This document shows, one piece after another, positions 22,408-36,800 of a DNA stretch of 64,000 nucleotides (positions are counted from its first letter, which is position 1; each line of letters starts with the position of its first letter). The notes below the pieces were generated by a model. The model was not told the origin of the DNA and did no database searches. It saw only the letters and a list, made by a program, of their open reading frames with translations. Source of the DNA: Eledone cirrhosa. Taxonomy: Eukaryota. The stretch is from positions 2,108,001 through 2,172,000 of the forward strand of contig OZ024751.1 of assembly GCA_964016885.1 (NCBI GenBank). Reading direction: 5' to 3'. The position numbers and the translations under genes were made by a program.

Positions 22408-23450
22408 TATCCAACCCACACCAAACACTCCATACCCTATTCCCGATTACTCCGTCTTCGTCGGCTCTGTAGCTAGGACGGCGATTTCGAAACCCATTCC
22501 CTTCGCATGGCTTCCTGCTTCATCCAGCGTGGATATCCCCCCACCCTGATCCAAGCTGCTCTCACCCGCGCACGGTAAACAGACCGTACCATAGCCCTCT
22601 TACCTCACCAGCGCCCTCCCAACACCCGTGTTCCTTCCCCTCTCACCTACCATCCCATCACCCTACCACTCCGGCGACATATCCTCCGTTCCTTCCGCAC
22701 ACTCTACTGAATCCGTCACTTATCGCTTTTTTTCAAACCCACTTATTACTGCTTTTAAGCGCGCCCGCAACCCCCACGGCCTCCTCGTTCGCAGTTCCTT
22801 GTCGTCTCCGCTGCAATACTTGTCCCTTCATTTCCACCCTCACCACTCTCACAGGCCCTAACGGGCCATTCTGTATCCGCCAATCCTTCACATGCACCTC
22901 CACCCAAGTTGTCTATGCCCTCCGGTGCTCCCAATGCGGGTCTTTATATCGGACAAACGGGACGCTGTATGGCGGACCGTTTTTGCTGAACATTTGAGGG
23001 ACATACGACTCGGTTTGGATACTATTGTCGTCCGTGATTTCAGTTCTCCGGTCATTCTTCCCTACATGTCTCAGTCCTGGGTATCCTTTTACTTCATGGA
23101 TCACAGGCCTCGCCCACCAGGACTGAACAGAGTCTGCTTCACCGCCTTGGGTCCTATTCCTCTCTTGGACTCAACTCACCTCTCCAATTTCATTAACACC
23201 CCGCCACTTATCACACACGCACTTGTACATTCACCCATAGATTCATATGGCTCTCTTATGGTGGGAAACATCTCTTACAACTAATACAGACCGACTAAAT
23301 ACGCACACAATTCTTTTCCCTTCACAGCTCTGTATACACACATACACACCCTTTTATGAACATACTTTTGCTCGTAGCTTCGTAATTACAAGCACACACA
23401 CACACTTTTACTTACATATACACGCACATTTCTTCTTAGCTTCGTACGGA

Positions 23451-23521
<71 letters not shown>

Positions 23522-23524
23522 ACA

Positions 23525-23563
<39 letters not shown>

Positions 23564-23925
23564 GCACAAGTATTGCTCTTTTTACAAAACGTTATTTTCC
23601 ATTTCAAATAGACCCGCTCCATCATCCACTTTTCTAAAAAAATTATCAAACACAAAACGCCAGCATCAACAGTTTTCCAAGAGATGTCAATATGAATAGA
23701 CCTGTTATTTTTATCTAAAGACATTTTTTCCAATTCCACCCCGCCCGTCCCTTCAATCTATCTGATTTCTCATTCTTTCTTCTGATGAAGGACTAGCGTC
23801 TGAAACGTTAAAAACCTCTTCCTGCTATTTCAAGCATTAACCTAATATATTCCATCCATATACTGTAGCGATTGTGCTGTTATTTCTGTTTATCTTTTAC
23901 ATAAATACATATATTGCCACCCTTT
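22408..23925 (+). mobile_element. 5'-truncated PLE (Neptune-like), RT thumb plus GIY-YIG plus 3' pLTR
   Basis: PTHTKHSIPYSRLLRLRRLCS*, CSQCGSLYIGQTGR and FAEHLRDIR. Paralogous to 25560-26730. Confidence 0.85.
23776..23814 (+). ncRNA. Minimal hammerhead in PLE 3' pLTR
   Basis: CTGATGA a ggac tagc gtct GAAA cg TT aaa; palindromic ACGT; weak stem I. Confidence 0.65.
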
Positions 23926-23949
23926 ATATATAATATACATAATACATAT

Positions 23950-26760
23950 ATTGCCACCCTTTCCTCACCAATTCATTCTTTACCTCAATCGCCTCCTTTT
24001 CAATTTCCTCACTTCCGTAAAAAAGTACAAACTCGACTCTCTCCGCTCCCCGCCTGCCGCCACCACCCATTCTCATATCACCTCCAACCCTAATCCCTCT
24101 ATCCCATCACCTACCACCCCTTTCCTCTCCTCACCACTGAATCTGCACACGCTTTGCCCAACCACCTTGAGCCCTCCGCCTCTTTCACTCCCTCACGTCC
24201 CTGCCCAGTAGTCACCATACCCCAGGACCTACCACTCTCCGAAGCTGAGCGCTCCCTCCTCGCCCGTGGTTTGCGTTTTATACCAACCACATCTACCTGC
24301 GACGAGTTCCGCACGCGTGCCGAGATTGAAAGGTTCTTCTGTCGATTAAAGCTGAAAGCTTTTTTTCACGTCACGCCATCATCGACACAGACGGATAACC
24401 TCACTCGTCTCAGTCGCCGGCAATCACATTGGACGCCGAACCCCAGCCAGTTCAGCACCCTCGACTCCTTTGTCGATACTTGCCGGCGTACTGTGAATCG
24501 GTTCCGTTTCCACCAGCATTCTCGTCGCTCTAACATCACGCGTACTGAGCTCTTCGCAACCTTCAGCGTCGCGATGACATTGTCATCAAACCCGCTGACA
24601 AAGGTGGCGCTGTGTTGGCTTGGAGCGCTGACCTCTATATGGCTGAGGCTCTCCGCCAGCTTCACAATACTCTTTTTTACTGCCCTTTATCCTCCGACCC
24701 CACTCCACTCCTGGCTACCAACAACTCGTGTCCTCCACCATCCACGAGCTCATCTTCTCCTCTCTCTTACCCCCCCCCCCCCTCATCCACCTACCTTATT
24801 GTACGCACCCCTCGCACACCAACCATCTACTTCCTCCCCAAAATACACAAACAAAATAATCCTGGCCGTCCTATCGTTTCTGCGTGCAAATTCCTCAGCA
24901 AGATAATTTCTGAATATTTAGACACCATCCGCGCCCCGTTGGTCGACAATCTCCCCTCCCACATCCACGATACAAATCATGCCCTTAGACTCTTTAACTC
25001 TTTCCCCTTCCCTCCTGGTCCCTCCCGCCTTATCTTTACCCTGGACATCACTTCTCTCTATACCGTCATCCCTCATGATGACGGCCTGCGCGCTCTCCAG
25101 CATTATTTCGATATTCGCCCTACCCTTACCCCAGCACTACCACCCTTCTCCCTCTGGCTGAGCTTGTTCTCACCCTCAGTAGATTTTCTTTGAATTTTAT
25201 CAGCAGGTCTCTGGGGGTAGCGATGAGAACTAGAATGGGTCCAAACTATGCCAACCTGTTTGTTGGCTACGTTGAAGCCAGATCTTCTCCCAGTACGTTG
25301 GACCGACTCCTGAGCTATACGGTCGTTATATCGACGACTGTATCGGCGTCACCTCTCTATCACGAGAACAGCTCGACTGTTTTCTTTCTTTTGTCCAATC
25401 TTTCCATCCTGCTCCCAATTTCACTGGCTCCATCTGCGATTCTTCTGTCGCTTTTCTAGATATCTCTCTATCTATTAATCACCCTCACCACACCCTCTCT
25501 ACTTCCATCTACATTAAACCAACAGACTCCCAATCTTATCTCGACTTCACCTCCTCCCATCCAACCGAAACCAAACACTCCATACCCTATTCCCAATTCC
25601 TCTGTCTTCGTTGACTCTGTGGCTAGGACAACGATTTCGAAACCCATTCCATTCGCATGGCATCCTGTTTCATCCAGCATGGATATTCCCCCACCCTGAT
25701 CCAAGCTGCTCTCACCCGTGACCGTGAAACAGACCGCACCACAACCCTCTTACCTCAACCCGCCCGCCCAACACCCACGTTCCTTTCCCCCTCGCCTACC
25801 ACCCCATCACTCTACCACTCCGGCAACATATCCTCCGTTCCTTCCGTATCCTCTCTTCTGACCCCGTCACTTCTCGCTTTTTTCCAAATCCAACCATTAC
25901 TGCTTTTAAGCGTGCCCGCAACCACCACGACCTCCTGGTTCGCAGTTCCTTTTCGTCCTCTCCCACGACTCCACCCAGCTCTCATCCTTGTTCCCGTTCC
26001 CGCTGCAACACTTGTCCCTTTATTTCCACCCTCACCACTCTTACAGGCCCTAACGGGTCTTTCCGTATCCGCAATTCCTTCATCTGCACATCCATCCACG
26101 TTGTCTATGCCTTCCGGTGTTCCCTTTGCGGGTCTTTATATATCGGACAAACGGGACGCCGTATGGCGGACCGTTTTGCCGAACATTTGAGGGACATACG
26201 ACTCGGTTTGGATACTCCTGTCGCCCGTCATTTCTGTTCTCCTGGTCATTCTTCCCTACATGTTTCAGTCCTGGGTGTCCTTTTACATCATGGATCACAG
26301 GCCTCGGGCACCAGGACTGAACAGAGTCTGCTTCACCGCCTTGGGTCCTATTCCCTCTTGAACTCAACTCACCTCCCCAATTTCTCTAATACCCCGTCCA
26401 TTATCACACCCCTAGATTCCTATCGCTTTCTCTTGATCATTAGCAGCTTCTCTTACAACTAATACATGCCGACTATTTATGCTCACTCCACTTTTCCCTT
26501 CACTGCTCTGTATACACACATACTCACCCTTATATTAACATACTTTTGCTCATAGCTTCGTACTTACATGCACACACACTCTTTTACTCACATATATACA
26601 CACACTATTTTTCTTAGCTTCGCACGGACGTATAATAACATACACATACATGCTTATGCACGTGCTCAAGTATAGCTCTTTTTACAAAAGTTTTTTTTTC
26701 CATTTCAGGTAGACGCGCTCCATCATCACTCATTCCTTGCTACCCTCTCCCAACCTCCTT
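23950..26760 (+). mobile_element. PLE (Neptune-like), long decayed RT-GIY-YIG ORF ~23960-26390
   Basis: LSEAERSLLARGLRFIPT, IKPADKGG, PTIYFLPKIHKQNNPGRPIVS, FTLDITSLYTVIP, GVAMRTRMGPNYANLF, RYIDD, Cys linker PCSRSRCNTC, VVYA...YIGQTGRRMADRFAEHL. Multiple frameshifts. Confidence 0.92.
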
Positions 26761-26953
26761 ATCATCTATTGCACCATTTATGTGATAAATTTTTTATGTA
26801 ATTTTTTGTGACATTTTATGACATTATGTGCGTCATGTATTGTGTCTTTTTCTATATAGCGCTGACCTCGGGACCCCCCCTGCTGGACCTTTAACCTTGT
26901 TCTGGTGACGCAGCTTGATGAAGCATGCAACTATTGATATACTCTTGTTTATA

Positions 26954-27000
26954 GGCTCTGATGATTCCTGCCATAGAGTATGGATGAAACACTGTTAGCT
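26954..27000 (+). ncRNA. Minimal hammerhead, same family as 14124
   Basis: ggct CTGATGA t tcc...gga t GAAA cactg TT agct AATAAA. The downstream sequence resembles 14170-14260. Confidence 0.8.
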
Positions 27001-27154
27001 AATAAAACAATGTATTTCTAAGCACTCTTTGGTTATTCCTAAAATTATAACGGCTCTGAAGTATACTAGTTATCCTACATTGAGCTAAAACCACACTGTC
27101 ATACCAAGGGCAATATATCTGCGTGTCTGGGCACATTGATATACTTGTCAACGA

Positions 27155-27192
<38 letters not shown>

Positions 27193-27912
27193 ATACTTGG
27201 GAAGGATCATATTGTTGTACTAATATTGCCAGAAATAATATCAGAGCACACTTCCGACATAATCTAGTTTTACGGACAGTTCGAGACGTCAGCATGTGGA
27301 AAATAGGATAGGTAGGTTTATTTGTTTCTTGACTAGTTTTCTATTTGTTTGATAATTTGTTTTAATTCAGTATTGCCTTTTATCCTTACGGAGTCGATCA
27401 AATAAAGTACCAGAAACGCACTGGGTTCGATTTAATCGACTTACCCCTCCCCCAAAGATTACCATTATTTAAGAGAATTTATTTCGTTTTAATTCGTTTA
27501 AATAACGTTTTGTTTCGGGTATATATTTCTTTTTTAATCTATATTTAATAGTTAAGGATTAAATGTAATGTTTAATATTTAGTTAGACATATATTGTTTA
27601 ATGTTTTAACTTGGTTAATTCCAATAATGTTAGCTTTTAAACTTTTAATTGCTGGTTGAGTAGAGGAACTTCGATTCTTCATCTATATCTCTTTCTCATT
27701 TTCATCTCTCTCATTTTCTATCTTTCTTTTGAAGAAATCTGCTGTACTCAGGCCTGGAGAGGGAAGGGCTCCGCCAGGCTTAAAATGCCCAAGAAACGCC
27801 ATATTTCAATACGGTGCCTCTAAGACTCTATCAAGAGTTACAGGACCATACCTTACCAAAGACGACTGCAGTGATGTTGGTTTGTTAGGCGGAATAGCGC
27901 AATAGTCTTGTT

Positions 27913-28527
27913 CAGGAGTCGGCAACCTTTTGGGGTGTGCGGGCTACATTGCTATGGAGTGTCTCGTCGGAGGGCCATGACATCAAATAAGTAATGAGAA
28001 CATATGTAAAGGTGAATATAGTAATATGATAAAATACTACGACATTGTTAATAAACTGTGACAAAACCACGATACCTGGCGGTGTATTTAGATCAGGCTG
28101 CCATTTGTTCAATGAAAATATTTGCTTCTAATAATACTGAATACTTTTAACATTGAAAGATAAACATTGATTATTATCGAATACAGTCACTTACTTTACT
28201 ACTAAACAGCTAACTCAAATGAAAGATTTTGAGGAGGAAATGAAATAACTTTATGCCAGACACGCTGACTTGTTTTAGATTATTCCACATCCCTGCCATA
28301 CACATACTATATACACGAATACACAGTCCCCTTATCTGACTATTCTATTTGTCTGGGCTTGGTTGCTTGTTACTGTCACGCAAAATATTACGTTCAGCTA
28401 AGTGAGTCTTGTGGCTAGACTTGTTCTCTAGTCGGTATTCAAATCCAAAGTAATTCAGAACACTTTTTCAGGGATCACTTAACCTAAGATAGAAACCTGT
28501 TGGCGGGTCGGGGGTTACCGATCCTTG
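27913..28527. mobile_element. Non-autonomous hAT (Charlie-like) DNA transposon
   Basis: Imperfect TIRs caggagtcggcaacc / ggttaccgatccttg. 8-bp TSD gtcttgtt / gtctagtt (7/8), similar to the NTCTAGAN target preference. Confidence 0.78.
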
Positions 28528-29030
28528 GTCTAGTTGGTGTAGATTATTACGCAATAAAGTACCAGTAATGCACTGGGTAATTGCTGGCCTTGTGCCTAAA
28601 GTAGAAACAATTATTACGCAATGGGGATGTAGTCACTGCAGATAATAATAGATATTGTTTAATGTCTATTGTTATACAGAAACTACGTAATTTGACGGTT
28701 GCAGCTTGAAAATGTCCGCCTACCCCATACTCATATTTAGAGCGTGTAAGGGGTTGGGATATATGGAAGATGTCTGAGGTAGGGATAATGGGGGATGTCT
28801 TAGTTCTAATATAGACACTTAGTTCATGATTGGCTTGGTTTTTAAGAATGTAATTTTTACAAGTTTGGCATCCGGCGGTCTTGTCTACTACATGTCTTGT
28901 TTATTGTTGGATTTGTTTTCTGGGTGTATTATTTGCGTATAGGGTATTGATGATTGCTAGCGTTTGTTCTAGATATATCTACATTCAGATTTATGTATTT
29001 GATGGTCATATTTGCTTTTTTATATATATA

Positions 29031-30790
29031 TCATCATCATCATTTTACGTCCATTCTTCTATGCTAGCATGGGATAGACGAGTTGTCCTGTTGTGGCAAA
29101 TGCTAGGTCAGGTGACCATGTCTTGCTCATACAGAACTGATTTTGGCTTGGTGTCTACAGCTGGATGCCTTTCCTAACATCAACCTCATTTACAGTGAGT
29201 ACAGGTGTTTTTTGTCGTGACACCTACACGACCACTTTACAGTGTGGACTGTGTGCTTTTTATCGTGACACATACACAGCCACTTTACAGTGTGGGCTGG
29301 GCGCTTTTTGCCGTGTCACCATCACGACCACTTTACAGTGTGGGCTGGGAGATTCACTGAATGCATACTTCGGCCTGTCCTCATCGGAGACCTATGAAAG
29401 GGTGGGGTGAGGCATACTGTATATATGCTTCCGCTTCGGCCTATTCCCGTGGGAAGTCGGGTCTTCTGTATTACTGCATAACGCCAGGGATCTCGGTCCT
29501 GTATCATCACCTTTGTGAAGTGCAATTTTCATACGCATCACATGTCCATACCAACGTAATCTCCTCTCATGCACACAGCATTTGACTCCTCTTACGTCTA
29601 ATTTCTCTCTCAGTTCCTTTATGCTTTGCTGTTTACGTATATTACTTTTACAAATCCATCGGGGCATGCAAGCTTCATTTCTTTCCAATCTACGCAAGTC
29701 TACTGCACACACCGCCCAGGTCTCACCATGTAATATTGCTGTTGCACGCATCATACAGTCTGCCTTTCTTTTTGAGGGAAAAGCCTTTTGTAGCTAGCAG
29801 AGAAAGTAGCTCTCTAAACTACTTTCATCCCGTTCTTACTTTGACTACTGTACTTTCAGAACACCCACCTCCGCTGCTAATTCGGCCACTTAGGTAGCAG
29901 AAGCTGTCTACTGTTTCTACCGAACCCTCCCAGAATTTGTTAGCGCTTATTTCCTGTGGTTCTTTGCTGCTTACTGTCCCGGTGCAGCTGCTACATGTAA
30001 ATATCTCTTATGTACCTTTAGGTTGCATTTGGGACAGAGGATAGAATTTCTACCTACATCTTTTCTACATATAGAGCCAGTCCATTTCCCTGAGGGGAAG
30101 TGAGTTCTGTTTTCTCGTCTATTTACTAGGACATTAGTCTTTGTCAGGTTGACTTAAAGACCCCTTATTTCTTGGCACTGCTTCCATGTTTGGAACTTCT
30201 TCTCTAATTCCCCCATAAACTCAGCTATGAGTAAGATCATCCGTTCCCATGTGCAGCCGGTCTTAAACTCCTCTGTTATAGCCTGCAATACGATGATAAA
30301 CAGGAGAGGGCTAAGAACAGAGCCTTGGTGGACGCCAACCTGTATGCTGAATTCTTCGCTATATTCATTGTTAATCCTACCTTTGCTGACTGCTCCCCCA
30401 TACAAGGCTTGTAAAGTTTTCATAAGCTACTCATCCACACCTAGTTTACTAACAGAGCTCACTAAATTATGACACGGGGCACTCTTCGAAAGCTTTCTCC
30501 AGATCAATAAATTCCAGGTAGAGCGGCTTGCTGGTACAAATCCAAACTGCATCTCATCCACATTTAGCGTGCCCCTAATCAACTGTGCTATAACTCTTTC
30601 CGTTACTTTCATGACCTGGTCCATCAGCTTTATACCTCTATAGTTTCCTCTATCTAGTGCATCTCCTTTACCCTTGTAGTAGTTGAAAATGATGCGGCTG
30701 CGCCAATCCTTTGGTGTGACGCCCTCTAGTATTACTTAGTTTACGGTATGACGCCATATATACACATAATCCTTATGAAGTCTTGTTTCC
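29031..30790 (-). mobile_element. Decayed RTE-type LINE, 5'-truncated, with (TGA)n tail
   Basis: NYRGIKLMDQVMKVTERV, QFGF, VGVHQGSVLSPLLFIIVL, ILHGETW and RRLRWYGHVMR. tcatcatcatca tail at 29031. ~50-bp internal tandem repeat at 29185-29350. Confidence 0.85.
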
Positions 30791-30845
30791 TCTGCAGTTT
30801 CCTCTGCAGTTTCATCTGTCTACTCACAGGATCATCATACATGAC

Positions 30846-33800
30846 AGACTGTTTAACTGTCATGTTGAACCTTCCCTGTTGAACTGTCGTGTTGAACCTT
30901 CCCTGTTGAACTGTCATGCTGAACCTTCCCTGTTGAACTGTCATGTTGAATTTCGCTGTTTAACTGTCATGTTGAACCTTCTCTGTTTAACTGTCATATT
31001 GAACTTTCTCTGTTGAACTGTCATGCTGAACCTTCCCTATTGAACTGTCATGTTGAACCTTCTCTGTTGAACTCTCATATTGAACCTTCTCTGTTGAACT
31101 GTCATGTTGAACCTTCGCTGTTGAACTGTCATGTAGGACCTTCTCTGTTGAACTGTCATGTTGAACCTACTCTGTTGAACTGTCATGCTGAATCTTCTCT
31201 GTTGAACGGTCATGCTGAACCTTCCCCGTTGAACTGTCATGTTGGACTGTCATATTGAACTTTCTCTGTTGAACTGTCATGCTGAACCTTCTCTGTTGAA
31301 CTGTCATGTTGAACCTTCTCTGTTGAACTGTCATGTTGAACCTTCTCTGTTGAACTGTCATATTGAACCTTCTCTGTTGAACTGTCATATTGAACCTTCC
31401 CTGTTGAACTGTCATGCTGAACCTTCCCTGTTGAATTGTCATATTGAACCTTCCCTGTTGAACTGTCATGTTGGACCTTCCCTGTTTAACTGTCATATTG
31501 AACCTTCCCTGTTGAACTGTCATATTGAACTTTCTCTGTTGAACTGTCATGCTGAACCTTCCCTGTTGAACTGTCATGTTGAACCTTCTCTCTTAAACTG
31601 TTATATTGAACCTTCCCTGTTGAACTGTCATGTTGAACCTTCTCTGTTTAACTGTCATATTGAACGTTCTCTGTTGAGCTGTCATGTTGAACCTTCTCTG
31701 TTGAACTGTCATGTTGAACTGTCATGTTGAAACTTCTCTGTTGAACTGTCATATTGAACCTTCTCTGTTGAACTGTCATGTTGGACATTCTCTGTTGAAC
31801 TGTCATATTGAACCTTCTCTGTAGAACTGTCGTGTTGCACCTTCTCTGTTTAACTGTCATATTGAACTTTCTCTGTTGAACTGTCATGCTGAACCTTCCC
31901 TGTTGAACTGTCATGTTGAACTTTCTCTGTTGAACTGTCATACTGAACCTTCTCTGTTGAACTGTCATATTGAACCTTCCCTGTTGAACTGTCATGTTGA
32001 ACCTTCTCTGTTTAACTGTCATATTGAACTTTCTCTGTTGAACTATCATGCTGAACCTACCTTGTTGAGCTGTCATGTTGAACCTTCTCTGTTGAACTGT
32101 CATGTTGAACTGTCAAGTTGAACCTTCTCTGTTGAACTGTCATATTGAACCTTCTCTGTTGAACTGTCATGTTGGACCTTCTCTGTAGAACTGTCATATT
32201 GAACCTTCTCTGTTTAACTGTCATATTGAACCTTCCCTGTTGAACTGTCATGTTGGACCTTACCTGATTAACTGTCATATTGAACCTTCCCTGTTTAACT
32301 GTCATATTGAACCTTCCCTGTTGAACTGTCATGCTGAACATTCCCTGTTTAACTCTCATGCTGAACCTTCTGTGTTGAACTGTCATATGAACTTTCTCTG
32401 TTGAACTGTCATGCTGAACCTTCCCTGTTGAACTGTCATGCTGAACCTTACTTGTTGAGCCGTCATGTTGAACCTTCTCTGTTGAACTGTCATATTGAAC
32501 CTTCTCTGTTGACTGTCATATTGAACCTTATCTGTTGAACTGTCATGTTGGACCTTCTCTGTTGAACTGTCATATTGAAACTTCTCTGTAGAACTGTCAT
32601 AGTGAACCTTCTCTGTTGAACTGTCATACTGAACCTTCCCTGTTGAACTGTCATGTTGAACATTCTCTGTTGAACTGTCATACTGAAGCTTCTCTGTTGA
32701 ACTGTCATATTGAATTTTCTCTGTTGAACTGTCATGCTGAACCTTCCCTGTTGAACTGTCATATTGAACCTTCCCTGTTGAACTGTCATGTTGAACCTTC
32801 TCTGTTTAACTGTCATATTGAACTTTCTCTGTTGAACTGTCATGCTGAGCCTTCCTTGTTGAGCTGTCATGTTGAACCTTCTCTGTTGAACTGTCATGTT
32901 CAACTGTCATGTTGAACCTTCTCTGTTGATCTGTCAGAATGAACCTTCTCTGTTGAATTGTCATGTTGGACCTTCTCTGTTGAAATGTCATATTGAAACT
33001 TCTCTGTAGAACTGTCATAGTGAACCTTCTCTGTTGAACTGTCATACTGAACCTTCCCTATTGAACTGTCATGTTGAACATTCTCTGTTGAACTGTCATA
33101 CTGAAGCTTCTCTGTTGAAATGTCATAGTGAATTTTCTCTGTTGAACTGTCATGCTGAACCTTCCCTGTTGAACTGTCATGCTTAACCTTCCCTGTTCAA
33201 CTGTCATATTGAACTTTCTCTGTTGAACTGTCATGCTGAACCTTCCCTGTTGAACTGTCATATTGAACCTTCTCTGCTTAACTATCATATTGAACCTTCT
33301 CTGTTTAACTGTCATATTGAACTTTCTCTGTTGAACTGTCATGCTGAATCTTCCCTGTTTAACTGTCATGCTGGACCTTCTCTGTTGAACTGTCATATTG
33401 AACTTTCTCTGTTGAACTGTCATGCTGAACCTTCTCTGTTGAACTGTCATGTTGTACCTTCTCTGTTGAACTGTCATGTTGAACCTTCTCTGTTGAACTG
33501 TCATATTGAGCCTTCTCTGTTGAACTGTTATGTTGAACCTTCTCTATTTAACTGTCATGTTGAACCTTCCCTGTTCAACTGTCATGTTGAACCTTCTCTG
33601 TTTAACTGTCATATTGAACTTTCTCTGTTGAACTGTCATGCTGAACCTTCCTTGTTGAACTGTCATGTTGAACCTTCTCTGTTGAACTGTCATGTTGGAC
33701 CTTCTCTGTTGAACTGTCATATTGTACTTTCTCTGTTGAACTGTCATGCTGAACCTTCTCTGTTGAACTGTCATGTTGAACCTTCTCTGTTGAACTGTCA

Positions 33801-36800
33801 TGTTGAACCTTCTCTGTTGAACTGTCATATTGAACCTTCTCTGTTGAACTGTCATGTTGAACCTTCTCTGTTGAACTGTCATATTGAACCTTCCCTGTTG
33901 AATTGTCATGTTGAAGCTTCTCTGTTGAACTGTCATACTGAAGCTTCTCTGTTGAAATGTCATATTGAATTTTTTTCTGTTGAACTGTCATGCTGAACCT
34001 TCCCTGTTGAACTGTCATGCTTAACCTTCCCTGTTGAACTGTCATATTGAACTTTCTCTGTTGAACTGTCATGCTGAATCTTCCCTGTTTAACTGTCATG
34101 CTGGACCTTCTCTGTTGAACTGTCATATTGAACTTTCTCTGTTGAACTGTCATGCTGAACCTTCTCTGTTGAACTGTCATGTTGAACCTTCTCTGTTGAA
34201 CTGTCATGTTGAACCTTCTCTGTTGAACTGTCATATTGAGCTTTCTCTGTTGAACTGTCATGTTGAACCTTCTCTATTGAACTGTCATATTGAACCTTCC
34301 CTGTTGAATTGTCATGTTGAACCTTCTCTGTTTAACTGTCATGTTGAACCTTCCCTGTTCAACTGTCATGTTGAACCTTCTCTGTTTAACTGTCATATTG
34401 AACTTTCTCTGTTGAACTGTCATGCTGAACCTTCCTTGTTGAACTGTCATCTTGAACCTTCTCTGTTGAACTGTCATGTTGGACCTTCTCTGTTGAACTG
34501 TCATATTGTACTTTCTCTGTTGAACTGTCATGTTGAACCTTCTCTGTTGAACTGTCATGTTGAACCTTCTCTGTTGAACTGTCATGTTGAACCTTCTCTG
34601 TTGAACTGTCATATTGAACCTTCTCTGTCGAACTGTCATGCTGAACCTTCCTTGTTGAACTGTCATCTTGAACCTTCTCTGTTGAACTGTCATGTTGGAC
34701 CTTCTCTGTTGAACTGTCATATTGTACTTTCTCTGTTGAACTGTCATGTTGAACCTTCTCTGTTGAACTGTCATGTTGAACCTTCTCTGTTGAACTGTCA
34801 TGTTGAACCTTCTCTGTTGAACTGTCATACTGAACCTTCCCTGTTGAACTGTCATGTTGAACATTCTCTGTTGAACTGTCATACTGAAGCTTCTCTGTTG
34901 AAATGTCATAGTGAATTTTCTCTGTTGAACTGTCATGCTGAACCTTCCCTGTTGAACTGTCATGCTTAACCTTCCCTGTTGAACTGTCATATTGAACCTT
35001 CTCTGCTTAACTGTCATGTTGAACCTTCTCTGTTTAACTGTCATATTGAACTTTCTCTGTTGAACTGTCATGCTGAATCTTCCCTGTTTAACTGTCATGC
35101 TGGACCTTCTCTGTTGAACTGTCATATTGAACTTTCTCTGTTGAACTGTCATGCTGAACCTTCTCTGTTGAACTGTCATGTTGAACCTTCTCTGTTGAAC
35201 TGTCATGTTGAACCTTCTCTGTTGAACTGTCATATTGAGCCTTCTCTGTTGAACTGTTATGTTGAACCTTCTCTATTGAACTGTCATGTTGAACCTTCCC
35301 TGTTCAACTGTCATGTTGAACCTTCTCTGTTTAACTGTCATATTGAACTTTCTCTGTTGAACTGTCATGCTGAACCTTCCTTGTTGAACTGTCATGTTGA
35401 ACCTTCTCTGTTGAACTGTCATGTTGAACCTTCTCTGTTGAACTGTCATATTGTACTTTCTCTGTTGAACTGTCATGCTGAACCTTCTCTGTTGAACTGT
35501 TATGTTGAACCTTCTCTGTTGAACTGTCATGTTGAACCTTCTCTGTTGAACTGTCATATTGAACCTTCTCTGTTGAACTGTCATGTTGAACCTTCTCTGT
35601 TGAACTGTCATATTGAACCTTCCCTGTTGAACTGTCATGTTGAAGCTTCTCTGTTGAACTGTCATACTGAAGCTTCTCTGTTGAAATGTCATATTGAATT
35701 TTCTCTGTTGAACTGTCATGCTGAACCTTCCCTGTTGAACTGTCATGCTTAACCTTCCCTGTTGAACTGTCATATTGAACTTTCTCTGTTGAACTGTCAT
35801 GCTGAATCTTCCCTGTTTAACTGTCATGCTGGACCTTCTCTGTTGAACTGTCATATTGAACTTTCTCTGTTGAACTGTCATGCTGAACCTTCTCTGCTGA
35901 ACTGTCATGTTGAACCTTCTCTGTTGAACTGTCATATTGAGCCTTCTCTGTTGAACTGTCATGTTGAACCTTCTCTATTAAACTGTCATATTGAACCTTC
36001 CCTGTTGAATTGTCATGTTGAACCTTCTCTGTTTAACTGTCATGTTGAACCTTCCCTGTTCAACTGTCATGTTGAACCTTCTCTGTTTAACTGTCATATT
36101 GAACTTTCTCTGTTGAACTGTCATGCTGAACCTTCCTTGTTGAACTGTCATCTTGAACCTTCTCTGTTGAACTGTTATGTTGGACCTTCTCTGTTGAACT
36201 GTCATATTGTACTTTCTCTGTTGAACTGTCATGTTGAACCTTCTCTGTTGAACTGTCATGTTGAACCTTCTCTGTTGAACTGTCATATTGAACCTTCTCT
36301 GTTGAACTGTCATGTTGAACCTTCTCTGTCGAACTGTCATGCTGAACCTTCCTTGTTGAACTGTCATGTTGAACCTTCTCTGTTGAACTGTCATATTCAA
36401 CCTTCTCTGTTGAACTGTCATGTTGGACCTTCTCTGTTGAACTGTCATATTGAACCATCTCTGTAGAACTGTCATATTGAACCTTCTCTATTTAACTGTC
36501 ATATTGAACTTTCTCTGTTGAACTGTCATGCTGAACCTTCCTTGTTGAACTGTCTTGTTGAACCTTCTCTGTTGAACTGTCATGTTGAACCTTCCCTGTT
36601 GAACTGTCATGTTGGACCTTCCCAGTTTAACTGTCATATTGAACCTTTTCCGTTGAACTGTCATATTGAACTTTCTCTGTTGAACTGTCACGCTGAACCT
36701 TTCCTGTTGAACTGTCATGCTGAACCTTCTATGTTGAACTGTCATGCTGAACCTTCCCTGTTGAACTGTCATGTTGGACCTTCTCTGTTGAACTGTCATA

